This document shows, piece by piece, positions 10,163 through 19,477 of a stretch of 64,000 nucleotides of DNA (its first letter is position 1; every line of letters begins with the position of its first letter). The notes under the pieces were generated by a model. The model did not search any database, was not told where the DNA came from, and was given only the letters and a program-made list of their open reading frames with translations. This DNA is from Thermoanaerobaculia bacterium (GTDB taxonomy: Bacteria > Acidobacteriota > Thermoanaerobaculia > UBA5066): positions 390,838-454,837 of the forward strand of contig JBGASW010000003.1 of the NCBI GenBank assembly GCA_044229475.1. Direction: 5' to 3'. A program made the position numbers and the translations under genes.

Positions 10163-11461
10163 GTGCCCCCGCCTCCGCGCCCGTACGACGCGCTGAAGCA
10201 CCGCGACTTCCGCCGGCTCGCGATCACGCAGCTCCTCTCGCTCGTCGGGTCGCAGATGCAGAACGTCGCGATCGACTGGCACGTCTGGGTGCTCACGCGC
10301 TCGCCGCTCGCGCTCGGCCTCGTGGGCCTCGTGCGCGTCGTCCCCATCGTGACGCTCTCGCTCGTCGGCGGCCTCGTCGCCGACCGCCACGACCGCCGCC
10401 GCGTGATGCTCGCGACGCAGTCCGCGATGACGCTCGTCGCCCTGGCCCTCGGCGCGGCGACGCTCCTCGGCCGGGACACCGTCGGACTCGTCTACGCCCT
10501 GACGGCGGCGACGTCCGCGGCGGGCGCTTTCGACAACCCGGCTCGCCAGTCGCTCGTCCCGCGCCTCGTCCCCGAGCGCGACCTTCCCGGCGCGCTCGCG
10601 ATCCTCCTCTCGGCCTTCCAGGTCGCGGCGATCGGCGGGCCCGCCCTCACGGGCCTGATCCTCGCGGGCTCGGCGCACGCGTCGCCCGCCGCGGGAAGCG
10701 CCCACCCGCACACGGCGGGCCTCGCGCTCGTCTACCTCCTGAACGCGGCGTCCTTCGCCGGGGTGCTCGCCACGCTCGCGACGCTCCGGGCCTCCGGCCG
10801 CGTCGAGCGCGCGGAAGGCGCGCCGGCGCACCCGATCGAGTCCCTGCGGGAGGGCCTGCGCTTCGTGTTCACGACGCCGATCCTCGTCTGGACGATGACG
10901 CTCGACTTCTTCGCGACGTTCTTCGCGGGCTCGATGTCCCTGCTTCCCATCTTCGCGGACCAGATCCTCCTCGTCGGGCCGGCGGGCTACGGCTGGCTGC
11001 GCGCCGCTCCCGGCATCGGGGCGCTCGCCTCGTCCGTGTGGACGTCGGTCCGCGGCCTGCCGCGGCGGCAGGGGCGCGTGTTCCTGTGGGCGGTGGCCGC
11101 GTACGGCGCGGTCACGATCGTGTTCGGCTTGTCGCGAAGCTTCGCGCTCACGTTCGCGGCGCTCGCGCTCGTCGGGCTGACGGACACGATCTCGACGGTC
11201 GTGCGGCAGACCGTGAGGCAGCTCGTGACGCCCGACGCGCTCCGCGGCCGGATGACGGGCGTCAACATGATCTTCTTCATGGGCGGGCCTCAGCTCGGCG
11301 AGCTTGAGGCGGGCTTCGTCGCGAGCCTTTTCGCGTCGGCGGCAATGGGCGCCTCGTTCGCCGTCGTCTCCGGCGGCGTCGGCACGATCCTCGTCGCGGC
11401 GTTCGTCGCGTGGCGCGCGCGGGACGTGCGCGACTACGAGTGGCGCGCGCCCGGCGGCTGA
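10163..11461 (+). CDS. MFS transporter (EntS/YbdA-like family)
   Basis: 432 aa, about 12 TM helices, with MFS signature motifs (VADRHDRRRVML; GPALTGLIL). Confidence 0.8.
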   Translation: MPPPPRPYDALKHRDFRRLAITQLLSLVGSQMQNVAIDWHVWVLTRSPLALGLVGLVRVVPIVTLSLVGGLVADRHDRRRVMLATQSAMTLVALALGAATLLGRDTVGLVYALTAATSAAGAFDNPARQSLVPRLVPERDLPGALAILLSAFQVAAIGGPALTGLILAGSAHASPAAGSAHPHTAGLALVYLLNAASFAGVLATLATLRASGRVERAEGAPAHPIESLREGLRFVFTTPILVWTMTLDFFATFFAGSMSLLPIFADQILLVGPAGYGWLRAAPGIGALASSVWTSVRGLPRRQGRVFLWAVAAYGAVTIVFGLSRSFALTFAALALVGLTDTISTVVRQTVRQLVTPDALRGRMTGVNMIFFMGGPQLGELEAGFVASLFASAAMGASFAVVSGGVGTILVAAFVAWRARDVRDYEWRAPGG

Positions 11462-11531
11462 CGACTGATATGGTTTGAGAAAGAGAAGAGAAGAACCGGG
11501 GATTCGGATTTTCTTTGAAGGGGGAAGAGGC

Positions 11532-14500
11532 ATGAGGCTCTCGAATGTGTGCGCGGCGGCGCTTCTGGTTGCCATGGTGGCGGTGGCGGCGCCCGAGGAA
11601 CAGCCCAAATCACCTTCTAAGAAATCTTTGTCTTCCTCTTCCTCTTCCTCTTCCTCTTCTTCTTCTTCTTCTTCCGAAGCAGAGAAATCTCTTTCCGACA
11701 AGCTCCAGGGCCTTCAGTTCCGCAACATCGGCCCGTTCCGCGGCGGGCGCGTCACGGCCGTGGCGGGCGTGCCCGGACAGCCGCTCACGTTCTACTTCGG
11801 CGGCACGGGCGGCGGCGTGTGGAAGACGACGGACGGCGGCTCGAGCTGGGAGCCCGTCTCCGACAAGTTCTTCAGAACGGGCTCCGTCGGCGCGCTCGCG
11901 GTGGCGCCGTCCGACCCGAACGTGGTGTACGCCGGAATGGGCGAGGGCTGCATCCGCGGGAACACCTCGGCAGGCGACGGCGTGTGGAAATCCGTCGACT
12001 CCGGAAAGACGTGGACGAACGTGGGGTTGGGCGACACGCAGCAGATCCCGCGCGTGCGCGTCCATCCGTCGAATCCGGACCTCGTCTACGTGGCGGCCCT
12101 CGGACACACGTGGGGGCCGAACCCGGACCGCGGCATCTTCCGGTCGGCGGACGGCGGGAAGACGTGGAAGAAGGTCCTCTTTGTCGACGAGAAGACCGGA
12201 GCGTCCGACCTCGTCATGGACGCGACGAACCCGCGCATCCTCTGGGCCGGCTTCTGGCAGGTGGGGCGCAAGCCGTGGTCGCTCGAGAGCGGCGGCCCGG
12301 GCGGCGGCGTGTGGAAGACCACGGACGGGGGAGACACGTGGAAGAAGCTCTCGGGCGGCCTGCCCGAGGGCGTCGTCGGCCGGGTCGGGATCGCGGTCTC
12401 GCCCGCGCGGCCCGAGCGCGCGTGGGCCGTCGTCGAAGCCGCGAAGGGCGGCGTCTTCCGCACGGACGACGGCGGCGAGACGTGGAAGAAGGTCAACGAC
12501 GAGAACAAGCTCCGCCAGCGGGCCTGGTACTACTCGCACGTGGTCGCCGACCCGAAGAACGCGGACGCGGTCTACGTCCTGAACGTCGGGTTCTTCCGCT
12601 CGGGCGACGGCGGCAAGACGTTTGACGCGATCCGCACCCCGCACGGCGACAACCACGACCTCTGGATCGACCCGGACGACCCGCAGCGGATGATCGAGGG
12701 CAACGACGGCGGCGCGGCCGTGACGTTCAACGGCGGCCGGAGCTGGTCGTCGGTCCTGAACCAGCCCACGGCGCAGTTCTACCGGGTCGTCGCGGACGCC
12801 CGTTTCCCGTACCGCGTCTACGGCGCGCAGCAGGACAACACGACGGTCGAGATTCTCTCCCGCACGCGCGGCGGCGGCATCGGCCCGTCCGACTGGCATC
12901 CGGTCGGCGGCTGCGAGAGCGGCTGGATCGCCCCGAAGCCGGACGACCCGGACGTGTCCTTCGCGGGCTGCTACGGCGGCGCGATCGGCCGCTTCGACGG
13001 CCGGACGGGCGAGGAACGCAACGTCGTCGCGTGGCCGCAGCTCGCGATCGGGCAGGCGCCGAAGGACCTGAAGTACCGGTTCCAGTGGAACGCGCCGATC
13101 CTGATCTCGCGGCACGACTCCCGCACGCTCTACCACGCCTCCCAGGTCCTTCTCAGGAGCACGGACGAGGGCGCGACGTGGACCGAGGTCAGCCCCGACC
13201 TCACGCGGAACGAGAAGGCGACGCAGGGGTACTCCGGCGGGCCGATCACGTTCGACAACACGGGCGTCGAGGTGTACGGCACGATCTTCGCGCTCGCGGA
13301 GTCGCCGGCCGAGGCCGGGACGATCTGGGCGGGGACGGACGACGGGCTCGTGCAGCTCACGCGCGACGGCGGGAAGAACTGGGCGAACGTGACGCCGAAG
13401 GGGCTTCCGGAGCGCATCCAGGTCAACTCCATCGAGGTTTCGCCGCACGACGCCGGCGCCGCGTGGATCGCCGCGACGATGTACAAGCACGACGACGCGC
13501 GGCCGTACCTCTACCGGACGAGCGATTACGGGAAGACGTGGACGAAGCTCGTGAACGGCATCCCGGACGGCGCGTTCACGCGCGCCGTGCGCGAGGACCC
13601 CGTGCGCAAGGGGCTCGTCTTCGCGGGCACCGAGCGCGGCCTCTACGTGTCCCTCGACGGCGGCGCCGCGTGGCAGCCGTTTTCACGGAATCTGCCGGTG
13701 GTCCCCATCACGGATCTCACGATCAAGGACGGCGACCTCGTTGTCGCGACGCAGGGCCGCGCGTTCTGGATCCTGGACGACCTCTCGCCGCTCCGGCAGT
13801 GGGCCGACGGCGTCGAGAAGAAGGCGGTCCACGTCTTCAAGCCGCGCCCCGCCGTCCGCTTCGGGTCGGCCGGCCGCGGCGAGGGCGGCCCCCCGCGCGG
13901 CGTCGGGCAGAACCCGCCCGCCGGCGCGATTCTCGACGTCTGGCTGAAGGACGCGCCGCCGAAGAAGCCCGGCCCGAAGGACGCGCTCACCCTCGAGATC
14001 CTCGACGGCGAGACCGTGCTGCGGACGTTCACCTCGGAAAGGAAGGAGGCGGAGGACGCGCCCGCCGAGGACGAGGCGGAGAAGCCCCTCGAGCTCAAGC
14101 AGGGCCTCAACCGGCTGTCCTGGGATCTCCGCATGCTCAAGCCGTCGCTCGTGCCGAAGGCGATCATCTGGGGCCCGCGTGCCGGCCCGCTCGTCGCACC
14201 GGGCACGTACACGGCGCGCGTGAAGCAGGGCGGGACCGTCTTGGCCGAAACGATCGAGGCCGTCGCGAACCCGATGGTCAAGGCCTCGGCGGCGGACCTC
14301 AAGAAGCAGTCCGTGTTCCTCGCGAGCGTGCGGGACAGGCTCTCGGAGACGCACGAGGCGGCGCTCACGTGCCGCGACGTGAAGAAGCAGGTGAAGGACG
14401 TCTCCGAGCGCGCGGCGCGCCTCGGCAAGAAGGAGCCGCTCGCCGAGAAGGGCAAGGCGCTTTCGGAAAAGCTCACGGCCATCGAGGAGCAGCTCGTGAA

Positions 14501-14768
14501 CCCGAAGGTCAAGAGCGAGCAGGACGTCCTGAACTTCCCGCCGCAGCTCGACCACCAGTTCGTGGGCGTCGCGAGCGTCGCGGGAAGCGGCGAAGGCGCT
14601 CCCCTCGCGTCTTCCGTCGCCTACTTCGGCCAGCTCGAGGTCCGGCTCGCCGACCTGAAGAGGCAGCTCCAGTCCGTCCTCGACACGGACCTCGCGGATT
14701 TCAACAGGACCGTCGCCGAGCAGGGCGTCCCGGCCGTGGCGCCGGCGCCGCGCGAGGGGAGGCGCTAG
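11532..14768 (+). CDS. Secreted sortilin/Vps10-like BNR-repeat protein (GH74/xyloglucanase-like fold) with a poly-Ser linker
   Basis: ATG at 11532 preceded by a GA-rich Shine-Dalgarno sequence (SD). Signal peptide MRLSNVCAAALLVAMVAVAAP, then a poly-Ser linker. Multiple BNR motifs follow (TTDGGSSW, SVDSGKTW, SADGGKTW, TTDGGDTW, TDDGGETW, SGDGGKTF, STDEGATW, TRDGGKNW, SDYGKTW, SLDGGAAW). Confidence 0.85.
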   Translation: MRLSNVCAAALLVAMVAVAAPEEQPKSPSKKSLSSSSSSSSSSSSSSSEAEKSLSDKLQGLQFRNIGPFRGGRVTAVAGVPGQPLTFYFGGTGGGVWKTTDGGSSWEPVSDKFFRTGSVGALAVAPSDPNVVYAGMGEGCIRGNTSAGDGVWKSVDSGKTWTNVGLGDTQQIPRVRVHPSNPDLVYVAALGHTWGPNPDRGIFRSADGGKTWKKVLFVDEKTGASDLVMDATNPRILWAGFWQVGRKPWSLESGGPGGGVWKTTDGGDTWKKLSGGLPEGVVGRVGIAVSPARPERAWAVVEAAKGGVFRTDDGGETWKKVNDENKLRQRAWYYSHVVADPKNADAVYVLNVGFFRSGDGGKTFDAIRTPHGDNHDLWIDPDDPQRMIEGNDGGAAVTFNGGRSWSSVLNQPTAQFYRVVADARFPYRVYGAQQDNTTVEILSRTRGGGIGPSDWHPVGGCESGWIAPKPDDPDVSFAGCYGGAIGRFDGRTGEERNVVAWPQLAIGQAPKDLKYRFQWNAPILISRHDSRTLYHASQVLLRSTDEGATWTEVSPDLTRNEKATQGYSGGPITFDNTGVEVYGTIFALAESPAEAGTIWAGTDDGLVQLTRDGGKNWANVTPKGLPERIQVNSIEVSPHDAGAAWIAATMYKHDDARPYLYRTSDYGKTWTKLVNGIPDGAFTRAVREDPVRKGLVFAGTERGLYVSLDGGAAWQPFSRNLPVVPITDLTIKDGDLVVATQGRAFWILDDLSPLRQWADGVEKKAVHVFKPRPAVRFGSAGRGEGGPPRGVGQNPPAGAILDVWLKDAPPKKPGPKDALTLEILDGETVLRTFTSERKEAEDAPAEDEAEKPLELKQGLNRLSWDLRMLKPSLVPKAIIWGPRAGPLVAPGTYTARVKQGGTVLAETIEAVANPMVKASAADLKKQSVFLASVRDRLSETHEAALTCRDVKKQVKDVSERAARLGKKEPLAEKGKALSEKLTAIEEQLVNPKVKSEQDVLNFPPQLDHQFVGVASVAGSGEGAPLASSVAYFGQLEVRLADLKRQLQSVLDTDLADFNRTVAEQGVPAVAPAPREGRR
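11628..11676 (+). repeat. Microsatellite (TCTTCC)n/(TCT)n inside a CDS, encoding a ~17-residue poly-Ser tract
   Basis: Direct read: tcttcctcttcctcttcctcttcctcttcttcttcttcttcttcc. Translated in frame as SSSSSSSSSSSSSSSS. Confidence 0.8.
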
Positions 14769-15694
14769 GAGCGGGACCGCTCGATCCGCTCCTCCATCTC
14801 CTCGAGGCTCTTCGGCCAGTCGCCGCGCAGGAGGCGCGAGAGGGAGCGGTCCGCGAGGAGCTTCCCGCCGGTCTGGCAGGCGGGGCAGTAGTTCGTCTCG
14901 TTCGCAGCGTAGACGATGCGCTGGACGGCCGTCCCGCAGCGCGGACAGGGCCGGCCGAACTTTCCGTGGACGGCCATGCCCTCGCGGAAGGCCGTGACCT
15001 TCTCGGGGAACGTCTCTCCCGTCTCCCGCCTCAGGCGCTCCGTCCAGTCGAGGAGCGTCGTCCGCGTCGCGTCGAAGAGGCGGTCGGCCTCCTCGCCCGC
15101 GAGGCGCGACGTGAGGGCGACGGGGGAGAGCCGCGCCGCGTGGAGGATCTCGTCCGAGTAGGCGTTGCCGATCCCGGAGAAGAGCGTCGGGTCCGTGAGC
15201 GCGCGCTTCAACGTGTGGTTCTCCGTGCGCAGGCGCGCGACGAACGCATCGCGCGACGCCTCCAGCGGCTCGAGGCCGCCGGGGTCGAGGGCGAGAAGCG
15301 CTTCGCGGCCCGCGACGACGCGCACCCAGGCTCTCTTCTTGGGACTCGCTTCCGTGAGGAGGAGAGTTCCGTGATCGAAGAGAAAAGAGAGAAGACCGAT
15401 TTTCTTTGGAATGGGAATGGGGGTGCCGGCCGTCTTCCAGCGCAGCCGACCCGACACCATGAGATGGAGGACCAGGAAGAGCTCCGCGCCGCCTTCTTCC
15501 CCTTCAAGAGAAAACACGAGACGTTTTCCGAGCCGGGACACCCCACGAATCGCACGGCCCTCGATGTCCGTCAGTGGGGGAGTCACCGACCGCAGGACGA
15601 ACGGGCTCGCGAGGCGGACCTTGCGAAGCGTCCGGCCCTTCAGGCGGCGCTCGAGGTGTTCGGCGTAGACGACGACGTCCGGAAGCTCCGGCAT
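14765..15694 (-). CDS. mutM: Fpg/Nei-family DNA glycosylase/AP lyase (formamidopyrimidine-DNA glycosylase-like)
   Basis: Start placed at the internal ATG that gives the canonical N-terminus MPELPDVVVY (Pro2/Glu3 catalytic residues). The C-terminus has a zinc finger, CPRCGTAVQRIVYAANETNYCPACQ. The six-frame ORF extends 74 codons further upstream, but that extension is Arg/Pro-rich and non-protein-like. Confidence 0.85.
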   Translation of the reverse strand: MPELPDVVVYAEHLERRLKGRTLRKVRLASPFVLRSVTPPLTDIEGRAIRGVSRLGKRLVFSLEGEEGGAELFLVLHLMVSGRLRWKTAGTPIPIPKKIGLLSFLFDHGTLLLTEASPKKRAWVRVVAGREALLALDPGGLEPLEASRDAFVARLRTENHTLKRALTDPTLFSGIGNAYSDEILHAARLSPVALTSRLAGEEADRLFDATRTTLLDWTERLRRETGETFPEKVTAFREGMAVHGKFGRPCPRCGTAVQRIVYAANETNYCPACQTGGKLLADRSLSRLLRGDWPKSLEEMEERIERSRS

Positions 15695-15710
15695 CGGTTC
15701 AGAATAGGCC

Positions 15711-17327
15711 ATGCCCCGGTGCCGGAAAGAAGAGACGCCCGCCGGTTCGAGCCCGTCCTCGCGCGCGGTGCGCGAGACGCTGCCGCCCGACCTCCTTGCG
15801 GCGGGTGTCCGGCGCCTCGGCACCGTCGCGCTCCTCATGGCGGGGAGCGTCCTCGCGTTCGCGGTCGTGGAGCGGCTGGTCGTGGCGCGCGCCGGAGTGG
15901 CCGCGTTCCCCGGCATCGTGCCCTTCGGTCAGGTCTCCGTCGTCGTCGTGTCGCTCGGCATGTACGCGGTGACGCGCCGCGCGGGCCTCGACCCCGCCGA
16001 GCTGCTCGACCGCGCGCTCGTCTACGAGGTGCTCGTCGGGTTCCTGCTCGCAGCGGTCTACCACTCCGTGCCCGACAACCCTGGAGTCCTGCCGAAGGGG
16101 TTCTCGTCCGTGGCCGTCCTGATCATGGCGTTCCCGCTCCTCGTACCGTCCACGCGCGGGAAGACCGTCCTCGCGACGGTCGCGACCGCGCTCATGGACC
16201 CGATCGGGCTGCTCGTCGGGATCGCGCTCGGCTATCGACCGGCCCCTTCGGGGTCCTTCGCGGTCGCGATGTTCCTGCCGACGGCCATCGCCGCCATCAT
16301 CGCGATCATCGGGTCGCGGATCGTGTACCAACTCTCGGCGCAGGCCGGGAAGGCCGAGGAACTCGGGAGCTACAGGCTCGTCGCGCCGCTCGGGCGCGGC
16401 GGCATGGGCGAAGTCTGGCGCGCCGAGCACCGCATGCTCGCGCGCGACGCCGCGATCAAGCTCGTGCGCGGGCGCGACGGCGGAATCGCACGCGAGCTCA
16501 TGGCGCGTTTCGAGCGCGAGGCGAAGGCGACGGCCGGCCTGCGCTCGCCCCATACGGTCCAGCTCTACGACTTCGGCCGGTCGGACGACGGCGCTTTCTA
16601 CTACGTCATGGAGCTTCTCGACGGCTACACGCTCGACCGGCTCGTCGAGCGCCACGGGGCGCTCGCGCCCGAGCGGGTCGTGTCCGTCCTCCGGCAGGCG
16701 TGCCGCTCGCTCGCCGAGGCGCACGGCGCGGGGCTCGTGCACCGCGACATCAAGCCCGGCAACATCTTCCTCTGCCGCTACGGCGGCGAGGCGGACTTCG
16801 TGAAGGTCGTCGACTTCGGCCTCGTGAAGGACGTCTCGGCGAGCGGAGGGGTGAATCTCACCCAGACGGGGCTCATCGCCGGGACGCCGGCCTACATGCC
16901 GCCCGAGATGGCGCTCGGCAGGGACGTGGACGGACGCGCGGACCTCTACGCCCTGGGCTGCGTCGGCTACTTCCTCCTCACGGCCCAGACGGTGTTCGAC
17001 CGCAAGACGGCGCTCGAGACGCTGCACGACCACACCTCCACGCCGCCCGTGCCGCCCTCGCGGCGCGTCGCGACGCCGATCCCGGCCGACCTCGAAGCCG
17101 TGCTGCTCGACTGCCTTGCCAAGGATCCCGGGGACCGTCCCGAGAGCGCCCTCGTCCTCGAAGAGCGTCTCGCGGCGACGTCGTCGGCGGGCCTCTGGTC
17201 TCGGGCGGACGCCGAGCGCTGGTGGGACCGCCACTCGCCGGCGACGGGCACCTACCGGCCACTCCCGGCCGAGCCGGAGGGCACGCGCCTCGACACGCCG
17301 GAAGACCGCGCCGCCGCGGCGGAGTGA
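15711..17327 (+). CDS. Ser/Thr protein kinase with an N-terminal polytopic membrane domain
   Basis: Hanks-type kinase motifs are present: GRGGMGEVWRAEH...AIK, HRDIKPGNIFL, DFGLVKD and GTPAYMPPE. About 5-6 predicted TM helices lie N-terminal to the kinase domain. Transcribed divergently from mutM (start codons 17 bp apart). Confidence 0.85.
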   Translation: MPRCRKEETPAGSSPSSRAVRETLPPDLLAAGVRRLGTVALLMAGSVLAFAVVERLVVARAGVAAFPGIVPFGQVSVVVVSLGMYAVTRRAGLDPAELLDRALVYEVLVGFLLAAVYHSVPDNPGVLPKGFSSVAVLIMAFPLLVPSTRGKTVLATVATALMDPIGLLVGIALGYRPAPSGSFAVAMFLPTAIAAIIAIIGSRIVYQLSAQAGKAEELGSYRLVAPLGRGGMGEVWRAEHRMLARDAAIKLVRGRDGGIARELMARFEREAKATAGLRSPHTVQLYDFGRSDDGAFYYVMELLDGYTLDRLVERHGALAPERVVSVLRQACRSLAEAHGAGLVHRDIKPGNIFLCRYGGEADFVKVVDFGLVKDVSASGGVNLTQTGLIAGTPAYMPPEMALGRDVDGRADLYALGCVGYFLLTAQTVFDRKTALETLHDHTSTPPVPPSRRVATPIPADLEAVLLDCLAKDPGDRPESALVLEERLAATSSAGLWSRADAERWWDRHSPATGTYRPLPAEPEGTRLDTPEDRAAAAE

Positions 17328-17331
17328 CGCC

Positions 17332-18099
17332 GTGTGCGGCCGATACTGGCTCGTCACACCCGCCGACGTCCTCGCGTCGCGCTTCCGCCTGCGCGGTGAG
17401 CGCGTCCCGCTCGTCCCGCGCTGGAACGCGGCGCCGGGACAGGACCTTCCCGTCGTTCGCTTCGACGCGAAGGGGGAGGGCGCGCGCATCCTCGAGCCCA
17501 TGCGGTGGGGTCTCGTCCCGTCGTGGGCGGCGAGCCCGGAGGACGCGGGCCGCCCGATCAACGCGCGCGCCGAGACCGCGGCGACGAAGCCCACGTTCAG
17601 AGAGCCGTTCCGCCGGAGCCGCGCGCTCGTCCCGGCGGACGGATTCTTCGAGTGGAAGAAGGGCGACCGGGGCCGCGAGCCCTTCGCCCTGCGCCTGAAG
17701 TCGCGGCGCCCGTTCGCGTTCGCGGGGATCTTCGACACGTGGACGCCCGCGAGCGGCCCGCCGCTCAAGTCGTTCGCGATCCTCACGACCCGGCCGAACG
17801 CGCTCGTGGCGAGTGTGCACGACCGGATGCCCGTCATCCTCACGCCCGAGGGCGAGGACCTGTGGCTGGACCCGGATGCGCGGGACCCCGCGGCGCTCGC
17901 GCCGCTGCTCGCGCCGCTCGGGGCCGAGGAGATGGAGGCGTTCGCGGTGTCGCGCCGCGTGAACGCGCCCGCGAACGACGACCCCTCGGTCCTCGACGCG
18001 CCCGGGCCCGAGGCCCCGCCGCCCCCGAAGAAGAGCCGGGCGTCGGCCGCGCAGCGCGACCTCTGGGAGAATGGCGGGGATGACGTCGACGAGGGCTGA
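17332..18099 (+). CDS. SOS-response-associated peptidase (SRAP/YedK-like abasic-site processing protein)
   Basis: GTG start gives an N-terminus M-C-G-R-Y (catalytic Cys2 after Met removal). SRAP motifs are present (MRWGLVPSW; ADGFFEWKK). The six-frame ORF's upstream extension overlaps the kinase gene and is Arg-rich. Confidence 0.8.
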   Translation: MCGRYWLVTPADVLASRFRLRGERVPLVPRWNAAPGQDLPVVRFDAKGEGARILEPMRWGLVPSWAASPEDAGRPINARAETAATKPTFREPFRRSRALVPADGFFEWKKGDRGREPFALRLKSRRPFAFAGIFDTWTPASGPPLKSFAILTTRPNALVASVHDRMPVILTPEGEDLWLDPDARDPAALAPLLAPLGAEEMEAFAVSRRVNAPANDDPSVLDAPGPEAPPPPKKSRASAAQRDLWENGGDDVDEG

Positions 18100-19447
18100 G
18101 GGCGCGCGGGCCGCGGCTGCCGCGGCGCTGCTTCTCGCGGCGTCGGGTTGCTCGCTCGGCGGCGCTTCGACGGCCTCCGCGCCGGCGGCCCCGCCGGCCT
18201 CGAAGCTCGGCGCGCAGAAGGCGGCCGCGATCGCGAACGGCTACGCGGGAGGTCACCTCGACTTCGGGCGCCGGCAGTGGGAAACCTCGGGCGACGGCTT
18301 CCAGCGCGCATTCGCGTTCAACACGAAGGACGACGCGGCCGCATACCTCGCGGCGACGGCCTGGGCGCACGCGGGCAACGCCCCGGCCGCGCTCGAGTGG
18401 CTGGACCAGGTATGGCGGCTCAACAGCTGCCTCGTCCCGCGACCGAAGTCGTTCGAGGGCATCGCGTCCGACCCGCGATTCAACGACGCGCTCGCCGTGA
18501 TCCGCGCGCAGGCGCCGAAGACGCACCGCTCGGCGGTCGCGTTCACGCTCGGGGCGCGCGACCTCGTCCCCGCCGACCTCGCATGGGACGCCGCCGCGAA
18601 GGTCTTCTACGTGGCGAGCCTGCGAAAACGGAAGATCGTGCGCGTGACGCCGGGCGCCGCCGGCGCGCCGGCCGCGATGGCCGACTTCGCGGGCTCGGAC
18701 GGCACGGCCCTCGACGCCGTTCTCGGCCTGAAGGTCGACACCGCGCGCCGCCGCCTGTGGGCCGTGACGGCCGGCGACCCGGCGATGGAGGGGTTCCGTC
18801 CCGAGGACTACGGGCGCTCGCAGCTCGTTGCGTTCGACCTCGCGACCGGCGCGATCCTCGGCCGCTGGTCGCCCCTGACGAGACCGCCGCATCAGTTCGG
18901 CGGGCTCGCGGTGGACGCAGCCGGCAACGTCTGGGTCACGGACACGGCGTCCGGAGAGATCCACGTCCTCAAAGCCGGCGCCGAGGAGCTCGCGGTCGCC
19001 GCGGCGGCTGGCGCGTTCGTCGCGCCGAAATCCGTCGCGTTCTCGGCGGACGGCGCGCGCGTCTGGGTCAGCGACCTCGCGCGCGGCGTGTACCGCCTAG
19101 ACGCCGCGACGGGGGCGGCGACGCTCCTCGACCAGCCGCCGGGCCCGTGGCCGGCCGGCCTCGACGGGCTCGTCTTCCATCGCAACGCGCTCGTCGGCGT
19201 CCAGGGCACCGTCAGCGTGGGGCGCGTGGGCCGCTGGACGCTCGAACCCGACGGGAACTCCTTCACGGGGATGGAAATCCTCGACTGCGCTCACCCGTCG
19301 TACCGGGTGCCCGTGGGCGGGACGGCGGTCGGCGACGACTACGTCTACGTGGCGAACAGCCAGGTCGACGCCTTCGGCCCGGACGGCGTGCTCCCGTCCG
19401 AGAAGGTCGAAGACCTCGTCTTCCTGCGCCTGCCGCTCGGGCGCTGA
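18071..19447 (+). CDS. Lipoprotein with a predicted beta-propeller (SMP-30/gluconolactonase/NHL-like) domain
   Basis: Lipobox LLLAASGC after a basic N-terminus. Repeated motifs (VWVTD, VWVSD, LDGLVF) suggest propeller blades. The start overlaps the SRAP 3' end by ~20-29 bp; alternative ATG at 18080. Confidence 0.6.
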   Translation: MAGMTSTRAEGARAAAAAALLLAASGCSLGGASTASAPAAPPASKLGAQKAAAIANGYAGGHLDFGRRQWETSGDGFQRAFAFNTKDDAAAYLAATAWAHAGNAPAALEWLDQVWRLNSCLVPRPKSFEGIASDPRFNDALAVIRAQAPKTHRSAVAFTLGARDLVPADLAWDAAAKVFYVASLRKRKIVRVTPGAAGAPAAMADFAGSDGTALDAVLGLKVDTARRRLWAVTAGDPAMEGFRPEDYGRSQLVAFDLATGAILGRWSPLTRPPHQFGGLAVDAAGNVWVTDTASGEIHVLKAGAEELAVAAAAGAFVAPKSVAFSADGARVWVSDLARGVYRLDAATGAATLLDQPPGPWPAGLDGLVFHRNALVGVQGTVSVGRVGRWTLEPDGNSFTGMEILDCAHPSYRVPVGGTAVGDDYVYVANSQVDAFGPDGVLPSEKVEDLVFLRLPLGR

Positions 19448-19477
19448 AACGGCGCCGGATCGTCGTATCCTTCGCGC

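Noticed and set aside
13031-18311. Long ORFs 13031-17698 (plus strand, 1555 aa) and 15699-18311 (minus strand, 870 aa)
   Set aside because: They overlap the Fpg, kinase and SRAP genes in other frames, have R/G/P/A-dominated low-complexity translations, and are typical spurious ORFs in ~70% GC DNA.
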